Shown: positions 27,317-37,992 of the stretch, piece after piece
How positions within the stretch are numbered: position 1 is the stretch's first letter
How the letters are laid out: each line of letters begins with the position of its first letter
Assembly: GCA_044224405.1 (NCBI GenBank)
Contig: JBGAKN010000004.1
Span: 183,810 to 247,809, forward strand
Direction of reading: 5' to 3'
DNA: 64,000 bases
Source of the DNA: Tagaea sp.
GTDB lineage: Bacteria > Pseudomonadota > Alphaproteobacteria > CACIAM-22H2
Made by a program: the position numbers and the translations under genes
The notes under the pieces: generated by a model
Databases searched by the model: none
What the model was told of the DNA's origin: nothing
What the model saw: the letters and a program-made list of their open reading frames with translations, nothing else

Positions 27317-28962
27317 ACGCGCGGCGTTGGGATTTCTGGGCCTGGGTCCTCGTCGCGGTCCTGGCGATCCTCGCGGTCCTGCTCGTCTGGCCGCTCGCCG
27401 GCATCTTCAAGGCCAGCATCACCGACAATCGCAGCGGCGACTTCACGCTCGCGAACTACGTGCGCGTCCTCACGCAACCTTTCTTCCAGACCTCGCTGGT
27501 CAACACGCTGATCGTCGGGTTCGGCGGCATGGCGGGAGCGACACTGCTAGGCGTTCCGCTTGCCGTGCTCGCCACGCGCTATGCGATCCGCGGGCGCGAC
27601 GTGCTCTCGACGGTCGCGGCGCTCACGCTCGTCTCGCCGCCCTTCATCGGCGCCTATGCGTGGATCATGATGCTGGGCCGCAACGGTTTCGTGCGCACGA
27701 CGCTGGAAGATTACGGCGTGGAAATCCCGTCGATCTACGGGTTCTTCGGCATCATCCTGGTCTTCAGTCTCAAATTCTATCCCTTCGTCTTCCTGATGAC
27801 GTCGGCGAGCCTGCGCACGATCAACCCGACGCTGGAGGAAGCGGCCGTCGGCCTCGGCGCCGGGCCACTGCGCCGCCTGTTCAAGGTGACGCTGCCGCTC
27901 GTCCTGCCGGCGATCACGTCGGGCGCCCTGCTCACGTTCGTGCTGTCGATCGCCGATTTCGGCACACCGGCCATCGTTGGCGGGCGCGTGCGCGTGCTCG
28001 CGACGACGGCTTATAATCTCTTCACCAGCGAGATGGGCGGCAATCCGGGTCTCGCCTCGACCGTCAGCGCGTTGCTGATCGCGGTGTCGGCGGCGGTCGT
28101 CGTGCTGCAGCGCTGGTGGGCCGGGCGGCGCAATGTCGAGAACGCGATGGTCAAGCGCCCGGCACCAAAGCCGCTTTCGCTGCCCGGCGCCATCGCCGCG
28201 CACGCGGTCTGCTACGGCGTGGCGCTGGCAGGCTTCCTTCCCTCCCTCGTCGTGATCTGGACGTCGCTGCGCAAGACCAGCGGCCCCGTCTTCGTCCCCG
28301 GCTTCGGCTTCGAGAGCTACACCAAGATCCTGCGCGAGATCCCGCAGGTGATCGGCAACAGCGCGCTCTATTCCATCGTCGCGGTGATGCTCATCACGGT
28401 CGTCGGCACGCTCGTGGGCTACATCCTCGCACGCCGCCAGACGCGGATGTCGGGCGTGCTCGACGCGGCGCTGATGGTCCCCTATCTCGTGCCCGGCGTC
28501 GTGCTCGGCCTCGCCTTCACGGTCGCGTTCAACGTGTGGCCGCTGGAACTGACCGGTAGCGCCACGATCATCGTGCTGATGCTGTTTGTGCGCCGCCTGC
28601 CCTATGCGGTGCGCTCCAGCGCCACGATCCTGCGCCAGATCCGCGGCACGATCGAGGAAGCGGCGATCTCGCTGGGCGCATCGCCAGGGCGCGCCTTCGC
28701 CAAGGTGACGCTGCCGCTGATGCTACCGGGCATCGTGTCGGGCGCGCTGATGAGCTTCATCACCGCGATCAACGAACTGTCGAGCTCGCTGATCCTCTAT
28801 GTCGGCCGGACGATGACGATGCCGGTGCGCATCTATCTCTCGGTGCTCGACGGCGATTTCGGCACCGCGGCGGCCCTTTCGACGATCCTGCTCGTGGCGA
28901 CCGGGGTGGCCGTCTATGCCGTGCTGTGGGTGTCGGGGCGCAACGAAAGCGCGCTCGCCTGA
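27313..28962 (+). CDS. Fused double-TMD ABC permease (FbpB-like)
   Basis: 549 aa with two permease domains. ATGA overlap with the ATPase gene. Confidence 0.8.
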   Translation: MNARRWDFWAWVLVAVLAILAVLLVWPLAGIFKASITDNRSGDFTLANYVRVLTQPFFQTSLVNTLIVGFGGMAGATLLGVPLAVLATRYAIRGRDVLSTVAALTLVSPPFIGAYAWIMMLGRNGFVRTTLEDYGVEIPSIYGFFGIILVFSLKFYPFVFLMTSASLRTINPTLEEAAVGLGAGPLRRLFKVTLPLVLPAITSGALLTFVLSIADFGTPAIVGGRVRVLATTAYNLFTSEMGGNPGLASTVSALLIAVSAAVVVLQRWWAGRRNVENAMVKRPAPKPLSLPGAIAAHAVCYGVALAGFLPSLVVIWTSLRKTSGPVFVPGFGFESYTKILREIPQVIGNSALYSIVAVMLITVVGTLVGYILARRQTRMSGVLDAALMVPYLVPGVVLGLAFTVAFNVWPLELTGSATIIVLMLFVRRLPYAVRSSATILRQIRGTIEEAAISLGASPGRAFAKVTLPLMLPGIVSGALMSFITAINELSSSLILYVGRTMTMPVRIYLSVLDGDFGTAAALSTILLVATGVAVYAVLWVSGRNESALA

Positions 28963-28997
28963 TCGACGCGGCGCCTTTGCTACATATGTATCTTTAG

Positions 28998-29026
28998 TTG
29001 TATTTATTCCTTCAACCGCTTATAAT
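28998..29026 (+). promoter_or_regulatory. Near-consensus sigma70-type promoter TTGTAT-17 nt-TATAAT inside an AT-rich intergenic island
   Basis: Read directly: TTGTAT (28998-29003), a 17-nt spacer, TATAAT (29021-29026). Followed by hairpin GGATGG-ATCGAGA-CCATCC (29031-29049) and hairpin GAGACG-TCTC-CGTCTC (29106-29121) plus CTCCCTGTTT. No CDS is driven in the + direction. Confidence 0.35.
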
Positions 29027-29240
29027 CCGAGGATGGATCGAGACCATCCGCTCCTGCGCTGTTTGACAAGTGAAGAAGGCCGCAAGAATGACGCGACAGG
29101 TTCAAGAGACGTCTCCGTCTCCTCCCTGTTTCACGTCAGATCAAGGGGATAGCCAGGAGACGGTCTCCTCCCGTCGCCTGTCGTCGCGCAAATCCTGCGG
29201 CTCCGTCCGGTCTGATCGGGCGTGCAGCCGGGCGCCGCGC

Positions 29241-31043
29241 TCAGTTCGCCGGCGCCACGAGATTGCCGAGCAGACGAAGCGCGCCAGGCGTCCCGAATTC
29301 GATCTCGCGGTGCAGGGCCAAAGCCACATGCGTGTGAGCGCCCTTGCCGAAACGTCCGCTCAGCAGGCCACCGGACAGCGGCGCCTGCCCTTGTTCCGTC
29401 ACGCGCAGGAGCGGCACGTAGGCCGGATCCCATTCGGAAGCGAAATAGAGCCCGCGCTCGCCCTGCCAGCCTTCCCAGTCGGCCGGGCCGATCCTTTCGG
29501 GGTACGACAGCAGCCGATGATCCGGATCTGCGACTTCGACGGGCGCCTGCGCGTCGCACACGCGCCACCGGATGCTTGGCCGGCCGATCTCGATGGGGGC
29601 GAGCGGCGTATTCCCCGGCTCCCATCCTGCACCAGCGCGGTGATAGAGGGTCACGAGATGGCCGCCGTCGCGCACGAACGCGTGCAGGTCGCCGACATGC
29701 GCGCGCAGGTCCGCGCGCCGCTCGAAAGCGCGGATCCCGACAAGTACCGTGCTGAAACCGCCATTCGCCAAAAGTGCCGCATCGAACGTCGACATGCCGA
29801 CGACCTCGATCCCGAGCGCTCCAAGGCACGCTTCCATCAGGTCGAGGCCGCCGCCGAGATACGCGACGCGCGCGCCGGACGCGCGCACCCGGCCCGCCGA
29901 CGGCACCGAAAATGCAGCGCGCGGCGATTCCCGGTAGACGGGTCGCGGCGGGCAGTCAGGCTCATCCTTCGCCGCGAGAGCGATCGCGCGGGCGATCTGC
30001 ACCTTCTTGCGATCGAGCCACGCAAGGTCGAGGCGGCACTGCTCGATCGCGCGCAGCGCCGCACCCAGCGGCGCATCGACGCGGTTGCCGCGCGCGTCCG
30101 CATCCAGCGCCTCGTCGATCGCGGCCTGCGCGGCTGCCAGCTCGGCCGAACCGGTCGCCTGCGCCCATTCGCCGACGGTCGCGGGAAGTGTCTGCCCGAT
30201 CCTGTCGGCGATCGCGGTGCCGGCGTCGTGCCGCGCCGCGAGGTGCAGGTTCGCCGGCAGCGTTCCGGCCTCGATCCAAGCACCCATCTCCTGCGTGGCG
30301 TGGCACGCGCGCGACCATTCCCCGATCCGGGCATAGGGCACGCCGGTTTGCGGGTCGAGCATGCCCGTATCGAAACGGACGTGGCTCTCCGGCGGCGGCG
30401 TCCTGTCGTCGTAGGTCGATCCGCTGCCCGACCACGCCGGAAGATAGAAGAGCGTCGGCGCCCACGGCGAAAGGCCTTCGGTGGCGTGCGCGGGAAACGC
30501 TGCGCCATCACCGGATATCGCGAACGCCTCGGCCGTCAGTTCGGTGATCGCGCGATGATGGCCGTGCTGTCCGTCAACATCGAGAAAGGTCGTGCACAGG
30601 ATGTCGGGCCGCACGCGCCGGATGCAGCGGACGATCCGCTCGAGCGTGCGCTCGCGCCCCCAGCGGCGCAGCGCGTCCGCGCCGCTCCGGGAAAATCCGA
30701 AATCGCGCAGCGGATCGGCTGCACCCTCCGAGAGCCAGTGCAGCGAGACACCCAGCCGCACCGCCGCGGCTTCCATCTCGCCCGTCCGCAGAACTCCGAG
30801 AGCGGCGCCGCGCTCGGGACCCAGCGCGTTCTGTCCGCCTTCGCCGCGCGTCGCGCACGCATAGGCGACCGACAGGCCGAGTTTGCGGACCAGAAGCGCG
30901 AGCAGGCCGCTCGACTCGTCGTCGGGATGGGCGCCTGTCTGCAGGAACGAAAGCGTGCCCGGGAGCATGCGAAGCGCGAGCCTTAGCCCCCAGGCGCGCG
31001 CGCCGGCCGCTTCGGCTTCCAGGCGGCGGGCGTCACTACTCAT
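29241..31043 (-). CDS. Large PIG-L/LmbE-family deacetylase fused to a C-terminal ThuA / class-I glutamine-amidotransferase-like domain
   Basis: LSFLQTGAHPDDESSG (PIG-L HPDDE motif) near the N-terminus. About 600 aa. Start MSSDARR at 31043 is ATGA-coupled to the ROK regulator gene. The ORF-track 632-aa version would overlap the ROK gene by about 100 nt. Confidence 0.65.
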   Translation of the reverse strand: MSSDARRLEAEAAGARAWGLRLALRMLPGTLSFLQTGAHPDDESSGLLALLVRKLGLSVAYACATRGEGGQNALGPERGAALGVLRTGEMEAAAVRLGVSLHWLSEGAADPLRDFGFSRSGADALRRWGRERTLERIVRCIRRVRPDILCTTFLDVDGQHGHHRAITELTAEAFAISGDGAAFPAHATEGLSPWAPTLFYLPAWSGSGSTYDDRTPPPESHVRFDTGMLDPQTGVPYARIGEWSRACHATQEMGAWIEAGTLPANLHLAARHDAGTAIADRIGQTLPATVGEWAQATGSAELAAAQAAIDEALDADARGNRVDAPLGAALRAIEQCRLDLAWLDRKKVQIARAIALAAKDEPDCPPRPVYRESPRAAFSVPSAGRVRASGARVAYLGGGLDLMEACLGALGIEVVGMSTFDAALLANGGFSTVLVGIRAFERRADLRAHVGDLHAFVRDGGHLVTLYHRAGAGWEPGNTPLAPIEIGRPSIRWRVCDAQAPVEVADPDHRLLSYPERIGPADWEGWQGERGLYFASEWDPAYVPLLRVTEQGQAPLSGGLLSGRFGKGAHTHVALALHREIEFGTPGALRLLGNLVAPAN

Positions 31044-32197
31044 GCGCGGCCGGCGGCGAGCCGCGTCGCGAGATGCGGCGCTTCGCGTCCGTAGAGAGGG
31101 AGTGCCGCGGCGCCGCGTGCCGCGCTGAACGGTCCGCACTCACCCTTGAGGATGCGCGGCCCCGGACGGGCGACGAGCGGCGCCGGCAGCTTCGCCAGCC
31201 GTTCGACCAGTCCGTCGACAAGCACCGGCGAGAGCCCCGCGATCACCGTCGTGTCGGGATCGAGCACGTTCTCGATCATCAGGACAGCCGCGGCGAGGCG
31301 CGCGGCGGCCCGATCGAGCCAGCCCGAAAGCGCCTTGGGGTCCGGCGCGGCATCGATCGAGGCGACGCCAAGATCGCGCAGCGCCGCCTCGAGCGAGACA
31401 TAGCGCTCGAGGCAGCCGCGCTGGCCGCACGCGCATTGCCGCCCACCCGGCTCGACGACGACATGGCCGATCTCGCCTGCGTTGCCCGTCGCACCGCGAT
31501 AGAGCCGCCCGTCGAGCACGAGGCCAAGGCCAAGGCCACGTCCGAGATAGAGGCAGGCGACACGCGAATATTCCCGGCCCGCACCCAGCAGGTGTTCGCC
31601 GAGCGCCGCAGCGGAAGCATCGTTCTCGAGGACGACGTCATAGCCAAGCGTTGATTTCAGATATGCGGCCGGATCGCTGAGGCGATCCCAGCCGGGCAGG
31701 TTCGTGCTTTCCCTGCCGTTCTTCTCGATGCCGGACGGCCACGGCGCCACGATTCCGATGCCGAAGACCGGCCCGGCGGCCTTGGCCCCCTTGCGCGCCA
31801 GATAGGGCCGGATCTGCTTGGGAAGCAGCCGCGCGACAGTCTTGGGATCGGCCGACGGCAGGCCGATGATTTCCTGGCGCAACGGTTCGCCCGCGAGATC
31901 CGCCAGCACCAGCACCATCTCGTCATGCCGGAGTTCGATGCCGATCGTCACGCCGCCGGCGGGATTGATCGCGAGATCGAGCGGCGGCTGGCCGCGCCCG
32001 CCGCGCCGGCGCCCGGCGTCGCGCAGCAGGCGCTCGCGCAGCAATTCGTCGGCGATGTTCGTGACGCCCTGCGCCGACAGCCCGGTAAGCCGGGCAAGAT
32101 CGGCGCGGCTCAACGGGCCGTGCCGGCGCAGCGCCTGCAGCACCACGCGCCGGTTGTGCTCGCGCGTATCGTAGACATTGGCGGCCATTCCCGACAT
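31040..32197 (-). CDS. ROK-family (NagC/Mlc-like) transcriptional regulator
   Basis: N-terminal HTH RVVLQALRRHGPLSRADLARLTGLSAQGVTNIADEL, ROK sugar-kinase-like domain, and Zn-motif CACGQRGCLE. Confidence 0.8.
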   Translation of the reverse strand: MSGMAANVYDTREHNRRVVLQALRRHGPLSRADLARLTGLSAQGVTNIADELLRERLLRDAGRRRGGRGQPPLDLAINPAGGVTIGIELRHDEMVLVLADLAGEPLRQEIIGLPSADPKTVARLLPKQIRPYLARKGAKAAGPVFGIGIVAPWPSGIEKNGRESTNLPGWDRLSDPAAYLKSTLGYDVVLENDASAAALGEHLLGAGREYSRVACLYLGRGLGLGLVLDGRLYRGATGNAGEIGHVVVEPGGRQCACGQRGCLERYVSLEAALRDLGVASIDAAPDPKALSGWLDRAAARLAAAVLMIENVLDPDTTVIAGLSPVLVDGLVERLAKLPAPLVARPGPRILKGECGPFSAARGAAALPLYGREAPHLATRLAAGRA

Positions 32198-32227
32198 GCC
32201 GGAACGCTAGAAGCCCCCTCCGATTAG

Positions 32228-32242
32228 TTCAAGGAGTTTGAA
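32228..32242. promoter_or_regulatory. Palindrome TTCAAGGAGTTTGAA in the ROK / sugar-ABC divergent promoter region
   Basis: Exact inverted repeat TTCAA-N5-TTGAA read at 32228-32242, next to a TTGACT hexamer. Plausible ROK operator. Confidence 0.3.
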
Positions 32243-32346
32243 TTATTGACTCGCCCCAACCCCTATGCGCTACTTGCGCCCGAGCCCGGAATTCGGACGA
32301 CAGGTCGCGGCGGGCCGCAGCCTGGAAGGACAACAGGGAGGTCGAC

Positions 32347-33603
32347 ATGCGATTTCTGAAGAACCTCGCCGCCGCGATGGTGGTGGCCCTCGGCTTCGGC
32401 GGAGCGGCCAAGGCGCAGACGGTCGAGATCGAGTACTGGCAGTACACGTTCGAGACGCGCGTCCGTGCGATGGACGACCTGATCAAGCAGTTCGAAGCGG
32501 CGAACCCCGGCATCAAGGTCAAGCACGTCCACTTCCCCTACAACGACTACCGCACCAAGGTTTCCGCGGCGATGGCCGCCGGCCAGGCGCCGGACGTCGT
32601 GCAGCTCTTCTACGGCTGGCTCGACGATTTCTACGCGGCCAAGATCCTGCAGCCGGTTCCGGCAGCCGCCTTCCCGACCGCAAAGGTCGATGCCGAATTC
32701 TTCCCGATGATCCAGGAAATGAAGCGCAACGGCGTCTACTACGCGCTGCCGACAGCCGTACGCTCGCTGTCGGTCTTCTACAACACGCGCCTGATGAAGG
32801 AAGCCGGACTCGATCCGGCCAAGCCGCCGACGACGCTCGACGGATTGCTCGACGCGGCGAAGAAGATGACGAAGGTTGACGGCTCCGGAAACATCACCCA
32901 GGTCGGCATCGGCGCCGGCATGGAATTCCAGGACCAGCATTGGTGGCGCGAAGTGCTCGTGCGCCAGTTCGGCGGCCAACCCTATTCGGCTGACGGCAAG
33001 CAGGTCGCTTACAATTCCCCGGCCGGCCTCAAGGCGCTCACCTGGTACGTCGATCTCTTCCGCAAGGAGAAGGTCACCGCCCGCGGATTCATGGACGAGC
33101 CGCAAGCGGCGTTCCGCGCCCAGCGCGCCGGCCTGATGGTCGACGGCAACTTCCGCATCGGCGCGCTCGAGCGTACCCGCGGTCTCGAATGGATCGTCAC
33201 GCCCCTGCCCAGCCACAACGGCATCCGCTCGAACTACGGCTCGTACTGGGTGAACGGCATCACCTCCTCGTCGAAGGGCGCCAAGCTCGACGCCGCGACG
33301 AAGTTCCTCGCATTCGTGACGACCCCGGCGGCGATGCAGCTCTGGCTCGACATCACGGGCGAGCTGCCGGCGCGTGAAGCGGCGGCGAACTCGAAGGCGG
33401 CGACGGAAAGCCCGATCTACGGGCCGTTCGTCGCAGGCCTCAAGGAAGCCCACGCCACGCGTTTCATCGACGAGTCCGCCCAGCGCCAGTTGGTGATGGA
33501 CGCGGTCAGCCGCATCCTGCTCGAGAACCAGGACCCGGCCGTCTCGCTGAAGATCATGGCCGACGCCGAGCAGAAGCTGCTCGACGGCTTCTACAAGAAG
33601 TGA
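32347..33603 (+). CDS. Sugar ABC transporter substrate-binding protein (family 1)
   Basis: Signal peptide MRFLKNLAAAMVVALGFGGAAKAQ. 418 aa, typical of a CUT1 SBP. Confidence 0.8.
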   Translation: MRFLKNLAAAMVVALGFGGAAKAQTVEIEYWQYTFETRVRAMDDLIKQFEAANPGIKVKHVHFPYNDYRTKVSAAMAAGQAPDVVQLFYGWLDDFYAAKILQPVPAAAFPTAKVDAEFFPMIQEMKRNGVYYALPTAVRSLSVFYNTRLMKEAGLDPAKPPTTLDGLLDAAKKMTKVDGSGNITQVGIGAGMEFQDQHWWREVLVRQFGGQPYSADGKQVAYNSPAGLKALTWYVDLFRKEKVTARGFMDEPQAAFRAQRAGLMVDGNFRIGALERTRGLEWIVTPLPSHNGIRSNYGSYWVNGITSSSKGAKLDAATKFLAFVTTPAAMQLWLDITGELPAREAAANSKAATESPIYGPFVAGLKEAHATRFIDESAQRQLVMDAVSRILLENQDPAVSLKIMADAEQKLLDGFYKK

Positions 33604-33649
33604 CGGCAAGGGCCCTGCGGCCTCGGCTGCAGGGCCCCTTTTTTCCGCG

Positions 33650-34543
33650 ATGAACTGGTACGCGAACAGGACGATCGAGCAGAAGCGGGTCGTCTGGGCC
33701 TGGACGTTCCTGGCGGTCCCGCTCGCCTTCTATTTGATCGTCCGCTTCTATCCGGCCCTCGACTCCTTTTTCGTCTCCCTCCACTCGTGGCGGCTCATCG
33801 GCGAAAAGCGCTGGATCGGGTTCGACAACTATGTCCGCCTCGCGTCTGATCCGCTGTTCTGGAAGGTCTTCCGGAACACCTTCGTCTATCTCGCGATCGG
33901 CACGCCGATCTCGCTCGCGCTTTCTTTCCTCGTCGCCTATCAGCTCGACCGCGTGCGTTTCATGCACGGGCTCATCCGGGCGCTCTACTTTCTCCCCTTC
34001 CTCACCACAGCCGCGGCCATGGCATGGGTGTGGCGCTGGTTCTACCAGCCGGTCCCGATCGGCGTGATCAACAACGCGCTCTCGGGCATCGGCCTCCCGC
34101 AGATCAATTTCCTCGCATCGACGGCGAACGCGCTGCCCGCGATCCTCGCGACGGCCGTCTGGCACGGGCTCGGCTTCCAAGTGATCATCTTCATGGCCGG
34201 CCTGCGCGCCATCCCGACGAGCTACTACGAGGCCGCGCGCATCGACGGCGTCTCGGACTGGACGATCCTGCGCGAGATCACGATCCCGCTGCTGCGCCCG
34301 ACGATCATCTTCCTCGTCGTGTTCTCGTCCATCGGATATCTGCGGATTTTCGACCAGGTCTACAACATGACCACGAACGATCCGGGCGGCCCGCTGGATT
34401 CCACGAAACCGCTCGTGCTGCTGATCTACCAGACGGCGTTCCGCTCCTACGAGCTCGGCTACGCGGCCGCGCAGACCGTCGTGCTGTTCCTTGTCCTGCT
34501 CGCCATCTCGCTCCTGCAGCTCCGCCTGATGAAGGACAAGTGA
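33650..34543 (+). CDS. Sugar ABC permease (MalF-like)
   Basis: 297 aa with an EAA loop YYEAARIDGVSDWTILREITIPLLRP. Confidence 0.8.
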   Translation: MNWYANRTIEQKRVVWAWTFLAVPLAFYLIVRFYPALDSFFVSLHSWRLIGEKRWIGFDNYVRLASDPLFWKVFRNTFVYLAIGTPISLALSFLVAYQLDRVRFMHGLIRALYFLPFLTTAAAMAWVWRWFYQPVPIGVINNALSGIGLPQINFLASTANALPAILATAVWHGLGFQVIIFMAGLRAIPTSYYEAARIDGVSDWTILREITIPLLRPTIIFLVVFSSIGYLRIFDQVYNMTTNDPGGPLDSTKPLVLLIYQTAFRSYELGYAAAQTVVLFLVLLAISLLQLRLMKDK

Positions 34544-34545
34544 CG

Positions 34546-35394
34546 ATGGCCGCAGCAGAAAGGATCGCCGCCGCGTTCGCCGGCATCCGCCCCGGCCGGA
34601 TCGTCGCGTGGACGCTGCTCGCGATGGGCGGAATCGCGATGATGACGCCGATCTTCTACATGCTGATGACGTCGCTGAAATTCCCGCACGAGGTCTACCA
34701 GCTCAACCTCATTCCGCGCGAACCGACGCTGGAAAACTACATCTTCGTCCTGAAGGACGGCCGCTTCTACCGCTGGTTCCTTAATTCCCTGTTCGTCGCC
34801 ACGGCCGTGACGCTTTCCAACGTGTTCTTCGACAGTCTCGTCGGCTACACGCTGGCCAAGTTCCGCTTCCGCGGCCGCTACCTCGTGTTCATCGCGATCC
34901 TTTCCACGCTGATGATCCCGACCGAAATGCTCGTCATCCCCTGGTACATGATGTCGAGCGCGATGGGCTGGCTCGATACCACATGGGGAATCATGTTCCC
35001 TGGCATGATGACGGCGTTCGGCACGTTCCTGATGAAGCAGTTCTTCGAGACCGTGCCCGACGATTTCCTCGATGCCGCGCGCATCGACGGGCAGAACGAA
35101 TTCGCGATCTGGTGGCGCATCGCGATGCCGCTGGTGACGCCGGCCCTGTCGGCGCTCGCGATCTTCGTGTTCCTCGGCAACTGGACGGCCTTCCTGTGGC
35201 CGCTGATCGTGACCACTTCGCCCAAGCTCTACACGCTGCCGGTCGGCCTCACGACCTTCTCGGTCGAGCAGCAGATCGACTGGGAACTGATCATGACTGG
35301 CGCCAGTCTCGCAACGATCCCCACGCTGCTCGTTTTCCTGATCTTCCAGCGATACATCATCCGCGGCGTCGTCCTCGCCGGGCTTAAAGGATAA
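34546..35394 (+). CDS. Sugar ABC permease (MalG-like)
   Basis: Start MAAAERIAAAF at 34546, 2 nt after the upstream stop. EAA loop FLDAARIDGQNEFAIWWRIAMPL. The ORF-track 456-aa version is an in-frame read-through artefact. Confidence 0.8.
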   Translation: MAAAERIAAAFAGIRPGRIVAWTLLAMGGIAMMTPIFYMLMTSLKFPHEVYQLNLIPREPTLENYIFVLKDGRFYRWFLNSLFVATAVTLSNVFFDSLVGYTLAKFRFRGRYLVFIAILSTLMIPTEMLVIPWYMMSSAMGWLDTTWGIMFPGMMTAFGTFLMKQFFETVPDDFLDAARIDGQNEFAIWWRIAMPLVTPALSALAIFVFLGNWTAFLWPLIVTTSPKLYTLPVGLTTFSVEQQIDWELIMTGASLATIPTLLVFLIFQRYIIRGVVLAGLKG

Positions 35395-35399
35395 CCGAC

Positions 35400-36908
35400 A
35401 TGTCCGCTCCCGGCACAGGCGCCGACGACAAGTTCCCCGCCCCCGTCTTCAAGGATACGGTCCTTGCCCCGCTGTTCGAGGTCGCCAAGGCGACCTTTGT
35501 CGATGCGATGCGGCGCATCGATCGCGCGCACTGCGTGATGCTGCACGAGACCGGGATCCTGACGGACGCGCAAGCCAGCGCCATCGCGAAGGCGTTGGCC
35601 GACATCGAGAAGACGCTGGACCTGAAGGCCATCCCCTACACCGGCGAGGTCGAGGACCTGTTCTTCCTGATCGAACACGCCTTGCGCGACCGTCTTGGCC
35701 CCGACGTGGCCGGGCGCCTGCATACCGGGCGCAGCCGCAATGACATCGACCACACCGTCTTCAAGATCGTCCTGAAGGAGCGCATCGACGCGCATCTCAC
35801 GAAGATGCGCGCCCTGCTCGACGCGGCGATCGCCAAAGCCGAGGCCGAGGCGGGCACGCTCATCGTCGCCTACACGCACGGCCAGCCTGCGCAGCCGGCG
35901 ACCTTCGGCCACTATCTTGCGGCCTATATCGAGATCCTAATCGCCGACATCGAACGCCTCGTCGTGGCGCGCACGATTGTCGACCAGTCGTCGATGGGCG
36001 CCGGCGCCATCACGACGACGGGCTTTCCGCTCGACCGGCCGCGCATGGCCGAGTTGCTCGGCTTCGCGCGCATCCGCCTCAACAGCTATGGCTGCATCGC
36101 GGCGGCCGACTACGTGACAGCCCCCTATTCGGCGCTGCGCCTGTCGATGCTGCATCTCGGGCGGATCGTGCAAGATTTCCAGTATTGGTCCGGGTTCGAG
36201 GTCGGGCAGCTTTATGTGCCCGACGGCTTCGTGCAGATCTCCTCGATCATGCCGCAGAAGCGCAATCCGGTGCCGATCGAGCACACGCGCCTGCTCGCCT
36301 CGCTCGCCGCCGGGCGGGCAGATGCCGCGGTCTCGATCGTCCACAACACCCCGTTCACGGACATGAACGACATCGAAGGCGAGGTCCAGGCCGCCTGCCA
36401 CGCGGCATTCGCCGACGCGGGCCGCGCCACCGACCTTTTCGCCGGCCTGATCCGCGCAGTTCGGATCGAAGCCACGCGCGTCGCCGCCAATCTCGATCGC
36501 AGCTGCGCCACGATCACGGAACTGGCGGACTCGCTGGTGCGCGAGGAAGGCCTTTCGTTCCGCGAAGCGCACGAGATCGCGGCAGCTACGGCCCGCGCGG
36601 TCGTCGCAGCCGGATCGTCGCTGGCGGCAGGTGGCTATGCGCCATTCGCGGAAGCGTTCCGGCACGCCGCCATGCGGCCGGCAAAGATGGACGAAGCGCG
36701 CTTCCGGACGGTCGTGTCGGCCGAGAATTTCATCGCCGTTCGCAAGCGGCCGGGCGGCCCGGCACCGGAAGCCATGCGCGAGGCCCTTGCAGGCTATCGC
36801 GCGCAGGCGGCCGCCTTCGCGAAAGCGGCGGCAGAGATCGCCGCACGCGAATCCCGGCAGGCGCAGGCGCTCGATGCGGCATTCACGAAACTCGCGGCAC
36901 GCGGATAG
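35400..36908 (+). CDS. Argininosuccinate lyase / adenylosuccinate lyase (class II fumarate-lyase) family enzyme embedded in a sugar-uptake operon
   Basis: 502 aa. Catalytic signature ISSIMPQKRNPVPIEH (GSSxMPQKxN SS-loop), TGRSRNDIDHTVFK, and conserved HTRLLASLA. Located between the ABC permeases and the ATPase. Confidence 0.75.
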   Translation: MSAPGTGADDKFPAPVFKDTVLAPLFEVAKATFVDAMRRIDRAHCVMLHETGILTDAQASAIAKALADIEKTLDLKAIPYTGEVEDLFFLIEHALRDRLGPDVAGRLHTGRSRNDIDHTVFKIVLKERIDAHLTKMRALLDAAIAKAEAEAGTLIVAYTHGQPAQPATFGHYLAAYIEILIADIERLVVARTIVDQSSMGAGAITTTGFPLDRPRMAELLGFARIRLNSYGCIAAADYVTAPYSALRLSMLHLGRIVQDFQYWSGFEVGQLYVPDGFVQISSIMPQKRNPVPIEHTRLLASLAAGRADAAVSIVHNTPFTDMNDIEGEVQAACHAAFADAGRATDLFAGLIRAVRIEATRVAANLDRSCATITELADSLVREEGLSFREAHEIAAATARAVVAAGSSLAAGGYAPFAEAFRHAAMRPAKMDEARFRTVVSAENFIAVRKRPGGPAPEAMREALAGYRAQAAAFAKAAAEIAARESRQAQALDAAFTKLAARG

Positions 36909-36918
36909 GACGAGGCGA

Positions 36919-37991
<1,073 letters not shown>

Positions 37992-37992
<1 letters not shown>

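Noticed and set aside
29148-29170. Perfect palindrome AGGAGACGGTCTCCT as a Rho-independent terminator for the minus-strand PIG-L/ROK operon
   Set aside because: No U-tract follows on the minus strand. It may instead be part of the candidate sRNA region or a protein-binding site, so it is reported only within the sRNA finding.
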